Assembly (NCBI GenBank): GCA_045837725.1
Contig: JBEWZL010000119.1
Span: 124,001 to 188,000 of the forward strand
Source of the DNA: Vermamoeba vermiformis
Taxonomy: Eukaryota
Length of the DNA stretch: 64,000 nt
Direction of reading: 5' to 3'
Part shown: piece after piece, positions 12,701 to 26,227 of the stretch
How positions within the stretch are numbered: position 1 is the stretch's first letter
Layout of the letters: each line of letters opens with the position of its first letter
Notes under the pieces: model-generated
What the model saw: only the letters and a program-made list of their open reading frames with translations
Databases searched by the model: none
What the model was told of the DNA's origin: nothing
Translations under genes and position numbers: made by a program

Positions 12701-15076
12701 TAAGATCTGGATCGATTTAAAGTCATTTGAATGTTGCTTACCAGGATACATAATATGCAAGTCTACGGCCTTTTGATTTTCGAATGGATATCCAGCGAGC
12801 AAATAAGCTTGAGAGCCGTCAATCATCGTCAAACTTTGACCGTATCGACCGGACGGCTTCTTGCCAGTCTCTTGGACGACACGCCAGCTATTTCGTGCCA
12901 AATCAAACACGACACAGTCAGCGACGACACCTTCTGCATTATAACCGCCCCACACGAGCAAATACGTGCCGTCATTGGGCGAGGTGTATGTGATCATGGA
13001 GTGGTGCGCACGAGGGATTGGCAACTCCGCTGTTTGCGAGAGATCGATCTCGCGCCACGTGAATGTTGCTATAAATAGATCGTTAACAAAAGTATAATAT
13101 CAAAAAACGTTCGCAAAGCTACTATCATCGGAAGAAATAATTTTAAAAATTAAATCGAAAATTCATCAATTATTTTCGGGTTTAAATCAAGTAAAGTCGA
13201 TATTATTTGTATATATTACTGCTATAGTATTATACTTACTAAGATTAAGGCAATAAAGATCGTTCAAAAAAGCTCCATCATTGCCCAAGCCACCAAACAG
13301 CCACACTTCATCGTCTACTTTGATTGTGGTGTGATAACATCTTGGGGGCGGTACTTTTCCCGCGCAATCTCTTTTTGTCCATTTGTTTTTGTCAAATCTC
13401 TCTGCAATGCAATTCGTCAGAAAATATTAATTAAAATCAATCTAGCAATTATTCATGGTCATTTTAAACTGCATTGCATAATATTAACTTTCTATGCTCT
13501 TTTTACGTCGTTAAGATTAAATTACTATTTTAAAGCCGATTCAATTTTGATTTAAATAAATTGATGGCGAGTTTTCCATAGGAAACAATTACTACTATCG
13601 ATCTAAATGGCTATTGTAAGTATCTAAATGTGCTACTTACGTAATGAGAATGTATGTACATCGTTGAAGCAAGTTAGATCAGCTGATCTGCCTCCAAAAA
13701 GTAACAACTGATCGTGCGTGTCGACATTGTGCGTATCCTTCAAATTAGCAGCGCAATATGTCACTAAAGAAGCACCTTCTCGCGGCACTGGTTTTTGACC
13801 GGTTGTTCTTGGCGCTGACCACAATAAAGTCGCTAAAATATTAAAAATTAATTTCGCGATCCAGTACACAACATTACTTAAAATACTATTATAATGAGGT
13901 ATTATATATCCATACTGCCACAATACGTACCTTCGTTTAATAGAAAGACTTCATCGTTGAATTTATTGTCGACTGACTTGCCGCCCATCAAATATAATCT
14001 GCCTTCAACTGACGCTGTCACGTGACCTTTAAGTGGCGGTGGCTGCGTGTCTAACAAAGCATTAAAATTAGTACGAAATTTCCTTTGTCACCGCAGATCC
14101 AAAATATTAGAATTAATTAAATTTAATAGGCCACAGATCGCAGCAAAAAATAAAGGATTGTTCAATAATCATACTTTTTCCCGATCCAGGGGCAGGCTTA
14201 ATCCATAATTTTGAGGGCTTAATTTGCAATACGCTTAAATCATTCAAGATTGCATTCGTTGAGGCGTCTTCTCCTCCGTAAATAATCAATTTCTGTCCAG
14301 AGGCTGAAAATGAGCACGAATGGCACATTCTAAATAATAATAAGGCCGTTAATAATTAGGATTAAATTAATCAATTTTGTGAGTCGGATAAACCCGTCCA
14401 GATATTTTAAATCGGCGGATGTGACACAGGGATACTGTAGTCATATTAAGTATTGATCTTGCGCGAATATTAAATCAATAACGATTTGAATTTAATTGTT
14501 ATTTTCGGTTGAAAGGTTGATCGAGTTCGGATGTCTCGAAAAATCGTTTCTGTTCGAATATCTTGCTTTAAATTTGCTATAAATATCCTTACCGTGCCGT
14601 AGGGCCTTTTGCCAATATAAGAGATGCAATAGGCCAGAGTTCCTATGAATAAAAAGATCAATATTCAAATTTGATAAATTTCGGATCTGACGTTTAATGG
14701 TCTATTAATTTAAATCGCTGTACTATTTATAAATGTGGTATAACATTATATGATATAGCGAATTTGATGGGACACGAGCTCAATTATTATTACAAATAAA
14801 AATCAATTGTCCCATCAATTATTAAAATGTGTATATTTGTATATTAGAATATAATCTGTAATTCTTATAAATATATCATTATTAAACAGATTGTGAAAAA
14901 TAAGTCAATAAATAAAAGCAAAATAATCACAATGGTGCAATCTGACACCAAACCAACTTTTCAATTTGGCGTTAAGCTTAAAAAATTCGTATATGTTCGC
15001 GTATTTAATTTTTCTATATGCTGTATATTATTGAAATCGTTTTTAGACCAGATGTCGCACTTACTCCCGATTCCAT
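9791..15076 (-). CDS. Kelch-repeat + coiled-coil + RhoGEF (DH-PH) protein
   Basis: DH motifs ELIETEEHYVTDL, MYTVYC.NQ, FLITPIQRICRYPLLLKELLK; PH motifs FLFSDFLL and ERDEWVELI; N-terminal Kelch repeats (PR.GHS...GG); putative micro-exon MESG at 15076-15065. Confidence 0.9.
11990..12420 (-). repeat. Internal coding tandem repeats (about 18 aa, EAERQKLEEEKLKRETEL-like) in the RhoGEF coiled coil
   Basis: Repeated ER(Q/K)(K/R)LE(A/E)E units visible in ORF 11940-12569. Confidence 0.75.
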
Positions 15077-15431
15077 CTTAGGGAAAATTACAGAGGTGAT
15101 GCGTCTATTTACAGGCTTCAGAGTGAATGATTAATAATACAAATATATAGATATTAGAAAACAAATTGCTAATCTTTTGCTTTCGTTCTTTTCAGGTTCA
15201 GATCGATTAGCTTTGGATCAAAAACTTACGTCTTCTTGCTATTTCAAAATATTGCACAACGTCAAACTGATTCACTTTAGCACGTGTTGTACAAGATTAA
15301 GCTTCGGTTGAAAGAAGTTGCGAATTGTACCTTTCCGTTTAAATCTTAACCTCGCCAAAAATCTCGCCTGGATGTTGCGACTCGACGGCGAATTATTTCA
15401 ATTATGGCTATTTTTAACTCTTTATAATTGC

Positions 15432-18400
15432 TTACACGGTATTATAAGTTACAAATTTGCGAACAGTCTTTTGGTCTGAAGACCGTATGTTATCCAGGTA
15501 CAAATAAGCGCCACCAGCGTATCCAACAACCACCGTCGAGGCTGTATCAGTTCTGGCATTTAATAGTTGCAATACGACGCTCTTAGTCTCGCCTGTCTTG
15601 TTGAGCATTAAGCCCCAAGCGGCAATGCCTGTTCGCGCCGGATCGGTTGCCCAGTCGAAGTTGCCTCGAATCCAGAATACGAAGCGTAAATTCTGCAAGC
15701 GGTATAAATTCCTTAAAGCTATAGATATAATTGTGAGTATAATTAAGGCGAAGAGACGCAATAACGTACTTTCAACACCAACAGCTCCAGGCAACTTCAG
15801 TACTTGTAGGTTTGAATACTGTTGTATAATAATACGCACTGTAACGTCGGTCAGGTACGTCTCTTCTATGGCCAAGTGTTGCAATGATTGTGATGCGGCG
15901 TGTTCTTCCACCGCGAACGCTTGATCCGTAATTTTTGAGCTCCACGAGACCTTGAGTTTCTTCAATGACCATCCGTACTTCAATATATATCGTATCGATT
16001 CATTGGTGAGCTAAAGAGAGTAATTAGTTCAACCTCGGACTGCGCGTTGGAACGTACATTTGAACAGTGAGAAACATTCAAGTCGGTCAGTTGCGGCAAT
16101 ATTGACTCCAAACACAGGATACCTTCGTCATTGACCGGCGTTGATTTGAGTGACAACCGTCGGATATTATCTAAGATAGCGACATGTGCAAGACCTGTAA
16201 ATGTTAGCAGAGTAAAAAAGCTATCAGAAGTCACGTACCAGCACTGCTAACGTTCGTGTAAGCCAACTTCACAACCTCCAAATTAGGACAAGCCGCCAAT
16301 GCCTCGCAGCATCTATCATTGAATGTTGACCCCTTAGCGTCGAATACAACTAACTCTGGAGATCGCTGAAGAATTCCAACTAGTACGTGCAGCGAAATCG
16401 AAGAAGTACCTTTTTGCACTATTAATTTTTTAAGCTTGAAGGGACCGGTGCAACTAATATCTTGTTCTGTAAGATTGACTCCCACAATTGTCTAAACTTC
16501 TGTTAGAAATGCAGCTACCTCTAATGATCATTCTTACCAAACTTGTTAAATTAGTGAGATTTTGTAGTAAGCCATTGATTGGCTCTACGACACATCCAGG
16601 GCCCAAATAAAGTTCCTCGATTTGTCGCACAGAGTTTGCTAGTAAAGACACACGGTCTCCCTTTAAGACTGACCTGTCTAGTTTCAATGACCTCAAATTC
16701 ATCTTCGCAGCTAGCCAATGACATAACTCAGGTCCTAACGGGTCATAATATTGGTAATTAATCTAAATAAATCCTTGTCAGCTTTGCTTTTAATAGTTCC
16801 TCGTGGATGCGGGACTTACCGACAATCTTGTTAGATATCTTGCTGACAAGTAGTTGACGCGATTCGGTGGTATTTTTAAGGTAACATTATGAAGCTCTCG
16901 TAGATTAGGCAACGATCCAATCAGCTCTTCGCAATCTCCATTATACGAGAATCCTAGCGGACCCGCCTCCAAAGTTTCCAACAACATACACCGCTTGAGT
17001 AGTTCAAGTAGCACGGTGTCCTTAATAAAAGCATCGGCCACATTTAATCGCCTCAAGTTTCTGAGCTTCGGGAACAATTGTATATACATCCAACTTGCGC
17101 AGTGCTTTGTTAAAGTGACACTCGTGATGTCGTCGAAAATCTCTTCAGATAAGACTGGACGCCCAGATAATAGGTCGTTATCGTTAGATAACATAATTCC
17201 CAAGAAATAAGGGTGCATTAATTGTTGCAGTAAGATGACGTACTCCGGATCTCGATTGAATTTTTCGTACAGAGGCACTAAGTAGCGGAAACAAAGTCCT
17301 CCAAAGTCTCTTAAGAACTGCTCCAAATTTAGCTGGTAGTCTATTGGCGATGACTCTAAGATCGTCCAAATACTTTGCGTCAGTTTAACCAAAAAAGGAA
17401 GTACCATCTTTGCCTCCGCGAAATTGCTTTGTCGAGCCAGTATTCGACAAACGAACCTAAATGTAATAAAACTACTACCGTGTCCAATATTAGGCATCTC
17501 CATTAACTTTTGTAGTGCTATCTTGTACCCAAGCTCCGTCTCTTTGACGTCTTTTACACCACAATCCAGCCTCTCGACCATTTCTATTGGCTCTGCAAAT
17601 CTACTAATGTAACTGCGCTTGACAACAGGCTCAATCGATTCAATATCGTCACTTTGCACCACGTTACCTCTGTTGAGCATCAATTGAATTGACAAGCCGT
17701 TCCAGAAGGACTGTTTGAAAGTAATTCCCAACATTCGCGATAATTTCCGCAGCAAGACCTCCTGATCGATCTCGCTCTTCAATTCAATGTCCTTTAATTT
17801 GATCTCGTCCTTTGAGATGTAAAAGAAGCTGCTTTCCACTGTTTGTTTCAGCTCCACTGCCCAATACAAATCCGAGTCCTCAGACGAACCTAGAAGAAGA
17901 TTGAGGTAGCCGCATATTAAGCCATTGAGTGAGTTAGTATTAGTGTGCACGCCGAGTCGATCAAGTGCGCGCCTCATTAGCGCCCTTAGTACTGACTTGG
18001 CTGCCCTGGCAACTATTTCCGTCAATATGACCTCGCGCCAGCCATTTTTAGCCGGAAGATGCTGCCAAACCAGTCCCATGTGTCGCATATTGATCCCTCG
18101 CTTGTGCAAATAAGACGTAATATCAAAATCAATGCCTAAACGGTTCATTAGCATGACTTTTGGTTCTTCTTATGTCATTTACCTTCAGTCGGTACCCCGC
18201 TGAGCTCATGTGCCACCATTGGTATTGTGACAACAGTGTAATGCGTGAATGCAATTCGTATGTCCGCACTGAAGTTGCGTGCTGACGGATCCTTTCCGAG
18301 AAACACGCTGAACCCGTCAGAACAAAGAGGCGTGTTCCAATTTATAACGAGCTCCTCCCTCAACGCTCTGTATAGCCAAGATCCCTTCAACCTGACCATA

Positions 18401-19682
18401 ATTAGTTCGTGTCATTTGTTGCATACGTGACATACGAAGGTGGTTCTGGAGGCCACAATCTGGCAACGTCAACGATATAATATCGATCGTCCAAGCCTTT
18501 GTGAATCTCTATACACTTGTCAGTGAGCGAGCGTGGACTTGAATAAAACTTACCAATATCTGCCGGCAAATGTGTTCGGTATCCATCCGCGCGAACTTGA
18601 TGCAACTGTAAATTCAAACTCTTTCCTAAATCATCCATCTCATCATTCACATCGACGTCTTGTGAGTGAAAACTACGTCCTCCGTTGTTTGAACCGTAGA
18701 TAAGCGTTTGAGAACCAACTGGAAGTATGCTGATGGCAATAACTCGGAACCCTTTGTAATCAATTACACTCATCATAGGCACCTAAACAACGATATGCCT
18801 CAGCCATAAGTGTCCTCTATAGTCGCTACGTACGTTATATTTGTCATTTAGCCGCCTAAATACAGCACCCAAGCACTTGAGTTCGTGTCCCGCACTTTTC
18901 ATCGAATTGATATCGCCACCATACAGACCGACATTATCGAGCGAAAATTTGAATAAAATACCCTCTTGATAATATTTCAAGCCTCCTGCAACTCCCTGTA
19001 ATTTCATGAGCACAATCGTAAATAGATTGGACAACTTACTCCAATATTCGATGGCTTTATCGTCTTTTGCTCCGTCGGTAAATACTTCTCGTCTATTATA
19101 ATTCTAGCATATATAGTCGCTAATAAACGCGTTTTAATAAAGATGCCGAAATGTTATCTTTTGAACTAACCGGTCTGCAGGAATTCACGCTCCAATGCTG
19201 CTAGTCTTATTAAATCTCGCGCTACTGCATAGAATGGTTGTTTTTTGCGTAATGAAGAGCTAATTTGGACAAATCGTTGCGTCCAATTCAGTTTAACGTC
19301 ACTAGTAAGTGCCAAAGGAAGAAAAACTCGTTGTCCCTCTTTAATTTGTTTTAATAACCAATTAAAAAATCAAATATAATAAATAATACCTGATACTAAT
19401 TTTGCTAAATGATCTGGCACTTCTGGCGCCCTTGGGCTATTTACTACCATTTTTGGATCGTCGGACTGGTTGCTACTGTACCCTTTAGACTCGAGTTTAG
19501 TAAATTATTAATGCAAAATGTACGATCGTGCCATGTAAATATTCGTCTCCATAGTCATCTTGAGAATAAGTCTTGATTGCCGACAAATCCGAAGCTACAC
19601 TGTCATTGTCTGATTGCTGGTATATTAATAACTCGTCATCTGATCCTAACTCGGCATAGGAATCAATAAGATTGCCCTCCAT
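15432..19682 (-). CDS. Clu (clustered mitochondria/CLU central) domain protein with C-terminal leucine-rich repeats
   Basis: GILFKF, KSAGHELK, PMMSVIDYKGFRVIA, LIYGS.NGG, EIHKG.D.RYY.VD.ARLWPPE, PL.SD.FS, LH.RGINMRH; then LxxLxL repeats. Confidence 0.88.
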
Positions 19683-19841
19683 ATTGGGCGGACCTCTTGT
19701 GTTACCTCACAGGAATTCAAAATAAAAAAATATTTTTGAACGAACACCAATTTAATATTAATATTGGTCTCACATACCTTTACAATTAACATTATTTTAT
19801 TGATATGTACAAATTCACATATATCACAATCCTTGTAATGG

Positions 19842-20507
19842 CTATTTACAAGTCGTAAGAGTCCTCTTCGGGTACAACGAGACCTTAGGGAAGTGCGTTG
19901 ACAACGTCTTTAATTCCTTTTTGGTCCATTTATTGTAGACAGGACAGCCACGCAAATGTAAGCTCTGTAAATTCGTACATTGCTTCATTAACTTCACGAG
20001 AGCATTCGAAGTGACTTCAGTGCAACCAGTCAAATCGATTCTGATAAAGTAAATTAGAATAACAGTAATGATATTATATTTAAAGTATTTTTAATATTAA
20101 CTTACCTTTGTAGCTCGGAGCATTTGATTAACTCGAGCAAACCGGAGTCAGAAACCAAATTGCATTGAGTTAAATTAATTCTCGTTAACTTGGGGCAATT
20201 TGTTGATATCGACCGTAATGTTTTGTTTGTAATTTTGTTGCATTTTTTCAAATTTACGGATCTGACGTTGTTGTGACGCACGAAGAAATTGACCAAGTGC
20301 TGCATCAAAAATTAATATGATTCCAAAAAAATAAATGCTAATTATCCTTACCTTATCCTCAACGTTCGTTGGGAAGTTGATCTCTTGGATGTAGTTGCTT
20401 ACGACATTTTGGAAACTCTTGCAAACAGTCTCCAGTCGCAGTAACTCCTGCATCTTCAAGTGCGACAATATTTGCACCGTTATCTCTGTTGGTAAGTTCT
20501 CGACCAT
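19842..20507 (-). CDS. F-box/LRR protein
   Basis: MVENLPTEITVQILSHL F-box; cysteine-containing LRRs (CPKLTRINLTQCNLVSD); two introns. Confidence 0.88.
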
Positions 20508-20941
20508 CGTGCTACCTCATTGAAGTCATCAAGTGAGGGAACAAGGTGCGCATCCGCTTTTATCGCTGCGAGTTCTTTGGTTTTTCTCAGAAGGTTACGA
20601 GGAGTTGTCCGAGTCTCTTTCGGTTGCTTGTACCAAATTTCTTTGTGACGCACCAAGAACGTCGAAATTGAAAGGTTCAGCAACTTTTCCCTGTACGCAA
20701 AGCGAAAATCTTGTTACGTAAGATCTGGAGCAGCCTGACTTCCTTTGACCAGCTATTCGACAAGTCATTAGTAAAGCATATGCTAAACGATATCCATGCA
20801 ACTTCACCTGATCTCCTGCTATTTATCGTCATTCAAGCGAAATTTTTCTTTTCGAAATTATCTACTGCACGGACCACGAGATCTGAGGCAAATTCATATT
20901 ATTAAGTATTAATATTATCCAACGAATAAGTCCTAACAGCG

Positions 20942-21996
20942 ATGTTCTCGAGTATCGTGACGCGTCACTTTGGCTCTTCCATCTCTCAAGGTAAATGATT
21001 TTCCGAACAACGATGAGCAAGAAAAATATTAGGCGCATAAAGAATTGGATTTGTTTTAGAGCCTGAAGCGGTAGATCAAATTATTCAAGAAATTTTTCAA
21101 AATTATTTCAAAAATTTCGTTTTCGGCAAGAGATAGCTCTGCATAATTTGATTGGATAAATATTAACAAATTATATCGCTAAAAAATATTTTCTACTCAA
21201 TAGTTACCGTGTTGAGATCGCGTGTCCAGACCAGTTTGCCGAAGCTCCTCTTCCGACGCCAAATCACCAAGAGGAATGTCTCATTCAGCAATAGAACCAA
21301 GCCCCCAAAGGCTGTCGCCTCCAACTTTACTGGTGATATACTGCTGTATTCTATTGACAGGTACAGTTGTCCAGATGGCCTACTAACGAGATCTCATTTG
21401 TTGCTTCTACTCACGTTCTAATCGCACAGAAAGCGTGTCCTAATGTTTGGTACGATCGCTTCGATAATGCAAATGGTGTTTTGGGGGAGCATGGCTGGTA
21501 AGTGGGTCGGGAGACATGTCACATCCCAAGCACGCGTAAATTCGAAAAGCATCTAACGCAGTGCTCTAGATCTATTATGGCAAATGTACAGTACATCTCC
21601 TACATGGAAGAAGGTCCTCTTATCAACCGGTGCTATCCTTTTGGGCTCATCCGTCATGTTCATTCGAAAGTACGAGATTTCGAAAATGCCTCGTGTACTG
21701 TGCAGTACTGTTACTAATTCTTTTTTAGGAGCTATGGCGAGCACTACATAAATAAGTTAGAATGGTTAGCAGGCCAGAATAAGCTGCGGATCGGCTATTA
21801 TAATTTCTGGTCGACGCCCAAAACCAAAGAAATTGATATGAGCGTGATTAAACAGATGGGTCGCGATAATAAGAATTGGTACTTATTTAAGACCACCGAA
21901 TCACGCTTATGGTACCTCCTCGATAAGACAGGCAAGGTTACTAACGAGAAGATCCTGAAATCGGTGCTCAATGGACAAACCCCGACATCACTTTAA
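20942..21996 (+). CDS. TMEM223/TMEM70-like mitochondrial membrane protein
   Basis: Exon 20942-20990 splices in frame to 21204; Arg-rich transit-like N-terminus; DILLY..DR|KRVLMFG...QMVFW, a second TM segment and C-terminal YLLDKTG resemble the TMEM223 family. Confidence 0.65.
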
Positions 21997-22212
21997 GCAA
22001 CCTGTACATAAGTAAATATTCAATTAAAGTAATGCGCTCCCGCTCAAAAATGAGTGTGGTGAAGTTTCCATGTAACGGCTATGTTTTATGGATTTTGGGC
22101 AAAATTCCTTCGGAGGATCGTTTTTTCTCGGTCATGCCGTATTTGGTGTTAGCACAAAGGATTTTTTGTATGACCGAGTGCTATAAATTTTTTAAGCTAT
22201 TCGTGGAACAAC

Positions 22213-25021
22213 ATGTCGAAGAATACTATCGAGATGTCTACTTCTGAACCAAAAGCACCCAAATCTCCCCGCGAGGATGACAAAAAGGACAAAAAGGACA
22301 AGAAGAAAGCCGCTGCTGATGATAAGGCTACTAAGGGAAACAGTACACCCGAAGTTAAGCCAGCTGCCAATAGCGATACACCAAGCTTGGATAGAAAGCA
22401 AGAATCACGATTAGACTTGAAAACGGTTGTCTATGGTACTGGAAAGAGTTTTGAGAACTGCGGTAAGTAATCGCTACAATTTAATTGGCATAGAAATACA
22501 GCTATTTTAAATAATAATAATGGCTCCCGATAATATGGAACGGTGACCGGCGATTCACTAATTTTAAAATCTATTTCCGACTTGGATGACCGTTTTTTTT
22601 AATTCACAGCTCTGATTTCGGCGTAATCGCAAATTTTGCATATAATGAGCTGAATAATAATAGATTTATCGAAATATAGCTCGATTGTTATAATTTGCTC
22701 TCGTTTTGCGACCTCGCGGCAAGATTTAATAAATCTATTTTTTGCTTTGTGATGCCGTAAACTGCCAAAGACTTACAATCGCCAAAATACAGCAATTATA
22801 TAATGTATTTTTATAATCATACCGCTGTAAATCTAATTCAATTTGACCGTTATTCATCCGATTCGCATCACCTCAACTGACAATTTTTATTAGTTATCAA
22901 CCACTCGAAGCTTGTCAACGAAAGAGTTTACACAGATATCGTCTTTGTTGTGGATAACAAACAGATCAAGGCCCACAAATCCGTCATCCAGGCACGCTGC
23001 CCTAACTTGGTCAAGAAGGCCGTTAAGAAACTCACTGAAGGCAAAGGATTCAAGCGCATTGATTTGAACGAAAAAGATCACATCACCGAGGATGCTTTGA
23101 CCCGTGTTTTAGTCTATTTGTACAGCGGTCAAGTTGACTGGAGCACTATTTCTCAGATCCAAGTAGTGCACTTGATCAACGCTGCTGTCGTGTACGAGCT
23201 CGAGCGATTGGCACAACTTTGCGAGCGATACTTGCAAGAGCACTTGACCCTCGACGAGGCTTACACTTTGCTCAAGGAGTCTCATGACTTGAACATTGAA
23301 CGTGCCAAGAAGATCGTCTTCTACTACGCTCTCGATCACTACACTCAATTCATTGCCAACGCTCGTGCCAAGGAGTTGGGCATTGATTTGTTCCAAGAGG
23401 TACGTTTTTTTATTCAAAAGGTTTACCGAGTCGCACGACCTAACGCACTTGTATTGCAGCTGTCAATTAAGAACGTCGATCCTGAATCAAAGAGCATCAT
23501 TGAATCGTTGAAGGTTTTGCGTGAAATTACCGAGAAGGACACTATTATCGAAGATTTCAGGAAACTCTACGAAACTAGCGATAACTCCGACGTTACCTTC
23601 CTCATTGAAAACAAGCATATCAAGTGCCACAGAGCTCTTTTGGCTGATGCCTCGACTTCATTCGAGCCTCTTTGGGAAGGTGACAAGGTCCGTAAACCTA
23701 TTCCCTTGGACGAGAAGAAGTTCCCTACCTTCTCCGCTGAAGCCTTCCATGCCATGTTGAAGTTCGTCTACTTCTCAGAAGAAAAGATCGATCCCTTGCC
23801 CGCCACCGAGTTGATCATCTTCGCTAAAGAGTTCAACTTGCCTAAGCTGTTGCGCGTGTGCGAAGATATTATCCGTCGCGGTATTGCCGTCAACACCGTG
23901 CTCGCCATCTTGCACGTCTCTTACACAATGAGCGACAAGCCCGATCTTCGAAAGGAGCTCAAGACTAACTGCTTGGAGTTCCTCGGAACACACTTGGATC
24001 AAGTCAAGCTCGAACCTTTGGCCAAGATGGATGCACGAATTGCGACCGATATTTTGTTGGCTGTTCAAACCGAGATCGGCAACCGATGGAAGATTGACGC
24101 CAGCGTCCCCTCAAAGAGTAAGTAACAGACACTTTTAGACCACAGTGTGTTCTCATCTGGATTCGAATCTAATTTTCGTTCCAGTTACCTCAAAGGATAA
24201 GAGCCACCGAGAGACCAACAAGACATCGAGCTTGAGGAGTGTCAAGGGAGGTGCCGAAGAATCAGGTAATTAGATGAATAGCTGCTTTCTAAATATAGAC
24301 AAATCTCGCCACCTCGAGATTAAATTTTATTTTGTTCCGTGATTTTAATCACACGTCACTGCCGATTAGTTTATAATTGTGCATCGCTAATATGATTTGT
24401 ATAAAGGCTCGAAGGGCGATGATACTCACACTCCTAAAGAAGAGGTTAAAAGTGAGAGCTCAGATCATCCCAAGAGCGATCATAAGCACGAAGAAAAGAA
24501 ACCTGAGGAGTCACACCCTGAACCCGTAGCTGACCTTCCAGCTCAAACTGAAGCTCCCAAGACCGATTCTAAGCGCGAAAGTACCGACAAGAAGCCCGAG
24601 TCGAGTTCTGACAACAAGAAGGACAAGAAAGAGAAGGAAAAGCACAAGCGGGATAAGAAGGACAAGAGAGATAAGAAGGCCGAGACTACTAAGGTATAAT
24701 CTCACCAGTTTATTTATCTGTCTGGATCCAGCACCTTTTCTTTTAAACCCACATCCAACCCCAACCAAATAGCCCAACGCGAAATACCACTCATAATAAT
24801 AGCTACCAGTATACCAGGACTCGTCAATAACGTGTTCTTAGTTGTATTTTTTGTTTGTTCTTATAATATATTTATCGCCCACCTTATTTAATTTATATAA
24901 AACTATATTCGAAACTAATCGTGTCTTGGATCTGGCTTTTTTATCTCTCTATACTTAGCAATATTTTCTTATAAATTTCATCGTACAGAAGCTGAACTAC
25001 GCTGACTTCGCGCAAGAATAA
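22213..25021 (+). CDS. Tandem-BTB (BTB-BACK x2) protein with charged low-complexity termini
   Basis: IKAHKSVIQARC / LVYLYSG and SDVTF.IE..HIKCHRALL / MLKFVY; strong codon bias; last exon probably 24989-25021 (KLNYADFAQE*), alternatively stop at 24699. Confidence 0.87.
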
Positions 25022-25186
25022 CTTCGGTAGCTATTTGCGTTATTTATTTAAAGATCCGCAAGAGGATCTGACTTTGTAACGACTATAATAAATTTTCAGG
25101 TAATTGTAATATAAGAAGGCTATCATATGATGTAGTGAACGGTATTGAATTACTAATTAGCGCCTTGGGTCGAGTTACAGCTATTT

Positions 25187-26227
25187 TTATTGATTGTACC
25201 AGGACGGCAATTCTTTTCCCTCGTCTGGTTTGAAGTTGTAATCAAAGAATAGCTCTTCATTATTTACATTGCGTAGTGTTACGAATAATATTGACGGAAT
25301 CTTATTATCACTTCGCGGTGAAAACAAAGCGTTCGGAATGAACGGATGGAGGTCTTCCGGGATCTTCGTCAAATCGAAGTTATATGATACAGGCATTGTA
25401 TTGGGACTCTTTGAGTGGTTTATAAGGTGTCCTAATGCGAAGGGATTCGGTAATCGTTCTTTTTTCGCGATCTTTTCTTTTGACAACGCCATCTGCCACA
25501 TTTGGTACGAATTTGCTAAAAAAACATTAAATTAATATAACGCTACTATATGTGCAAGTATAAATAGCTTACAATCGCGTTGGTCTTGTTCAATTCTTCC
25601 GTCGACGATCCAGCCATCGTGTCTTGCCAGCAGCCATCCATTGTCTTTAAATTTATCTCCAGCAATGGTTAATAGTAATGTGACATCATTGGGTGATAAT
25701 GAGAGGCCTGGTGCAATCGCTACTATCGCTTCCTTTTTCGGCAGATCCTCTTAGCCAACATCCGCTACCAGCTGCGGTTATATTGGATTGTGAGGCTTCA
25801 ATATGCCACGACTGTGTATTATTATAACTAGGAATATCATAGGAGGTCGTCTTTGAGGTGTTTGACTGGTTTTGTGACGAGATCTGCTCGTGATAGGATT
25901 TTGAGTTTTGCAACAGAGTGATTATTTGATCGTGCAAATATTTTTCAATAAATTCTACTTGATTTTTGGTCGGGGCATCGGGCTCTAATTGACAACTGAT
26001 AATAAGTAAGGTTAAGAAAAAATATTAAAATATTCTGTAGGCTTAAATTCGATCGTTCATTGCAGGTAGGTAAAAAAAAAAACGCTATAGAGCGCATGGA
26101 TAATATTTAAAATTATAATGAAGTTAACTTGACAATACAGGATCTGACAGATTTAGAACGCCGCATCCTTACCGCCAATAAGCGAGTATATTTGGCTCAA
26201 TTCTCTTTCATAACGCGATGCAGACAT
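25187..26227 (-). CDS. SETD9-like SET domain protein (apparent 1-nt frameshift near 25730)
   Basis: AGSGCWLRG..KG[shift]AIVAIAPG, ARHDGWIVDG, NPFALGHLINH, EELFFDY. Confidence 0.75.

Noticed and set aside
20480..20982. Longer F-box/LRR N-terminus via an upstream exon (MEEPK) plus a frameshift or a 17-nt GT-AG micro-intron at about 20500
   Set aside because: MVENLPTEI is a normal F-box start, the supposed exon overlaps exon 1 of the TMEM223-like gene on the other strand, and other introns here are much longer than 17 nt
9033..25760. Several frameshifts as evidence for nuclear RNA editing or programmed frameshifting
   Set aside because: The shifts go in both directions, share no slippery or stop motif, and the conserved-gene exons I checked (ELP2, IleRS, ACSL) appear intact; errors or decay are simpler explanations
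26000..26030. U12-type branch-point-like TTCTTAAC (minus strand)
   Set aside because: No matching RTATCCTT donor upstream
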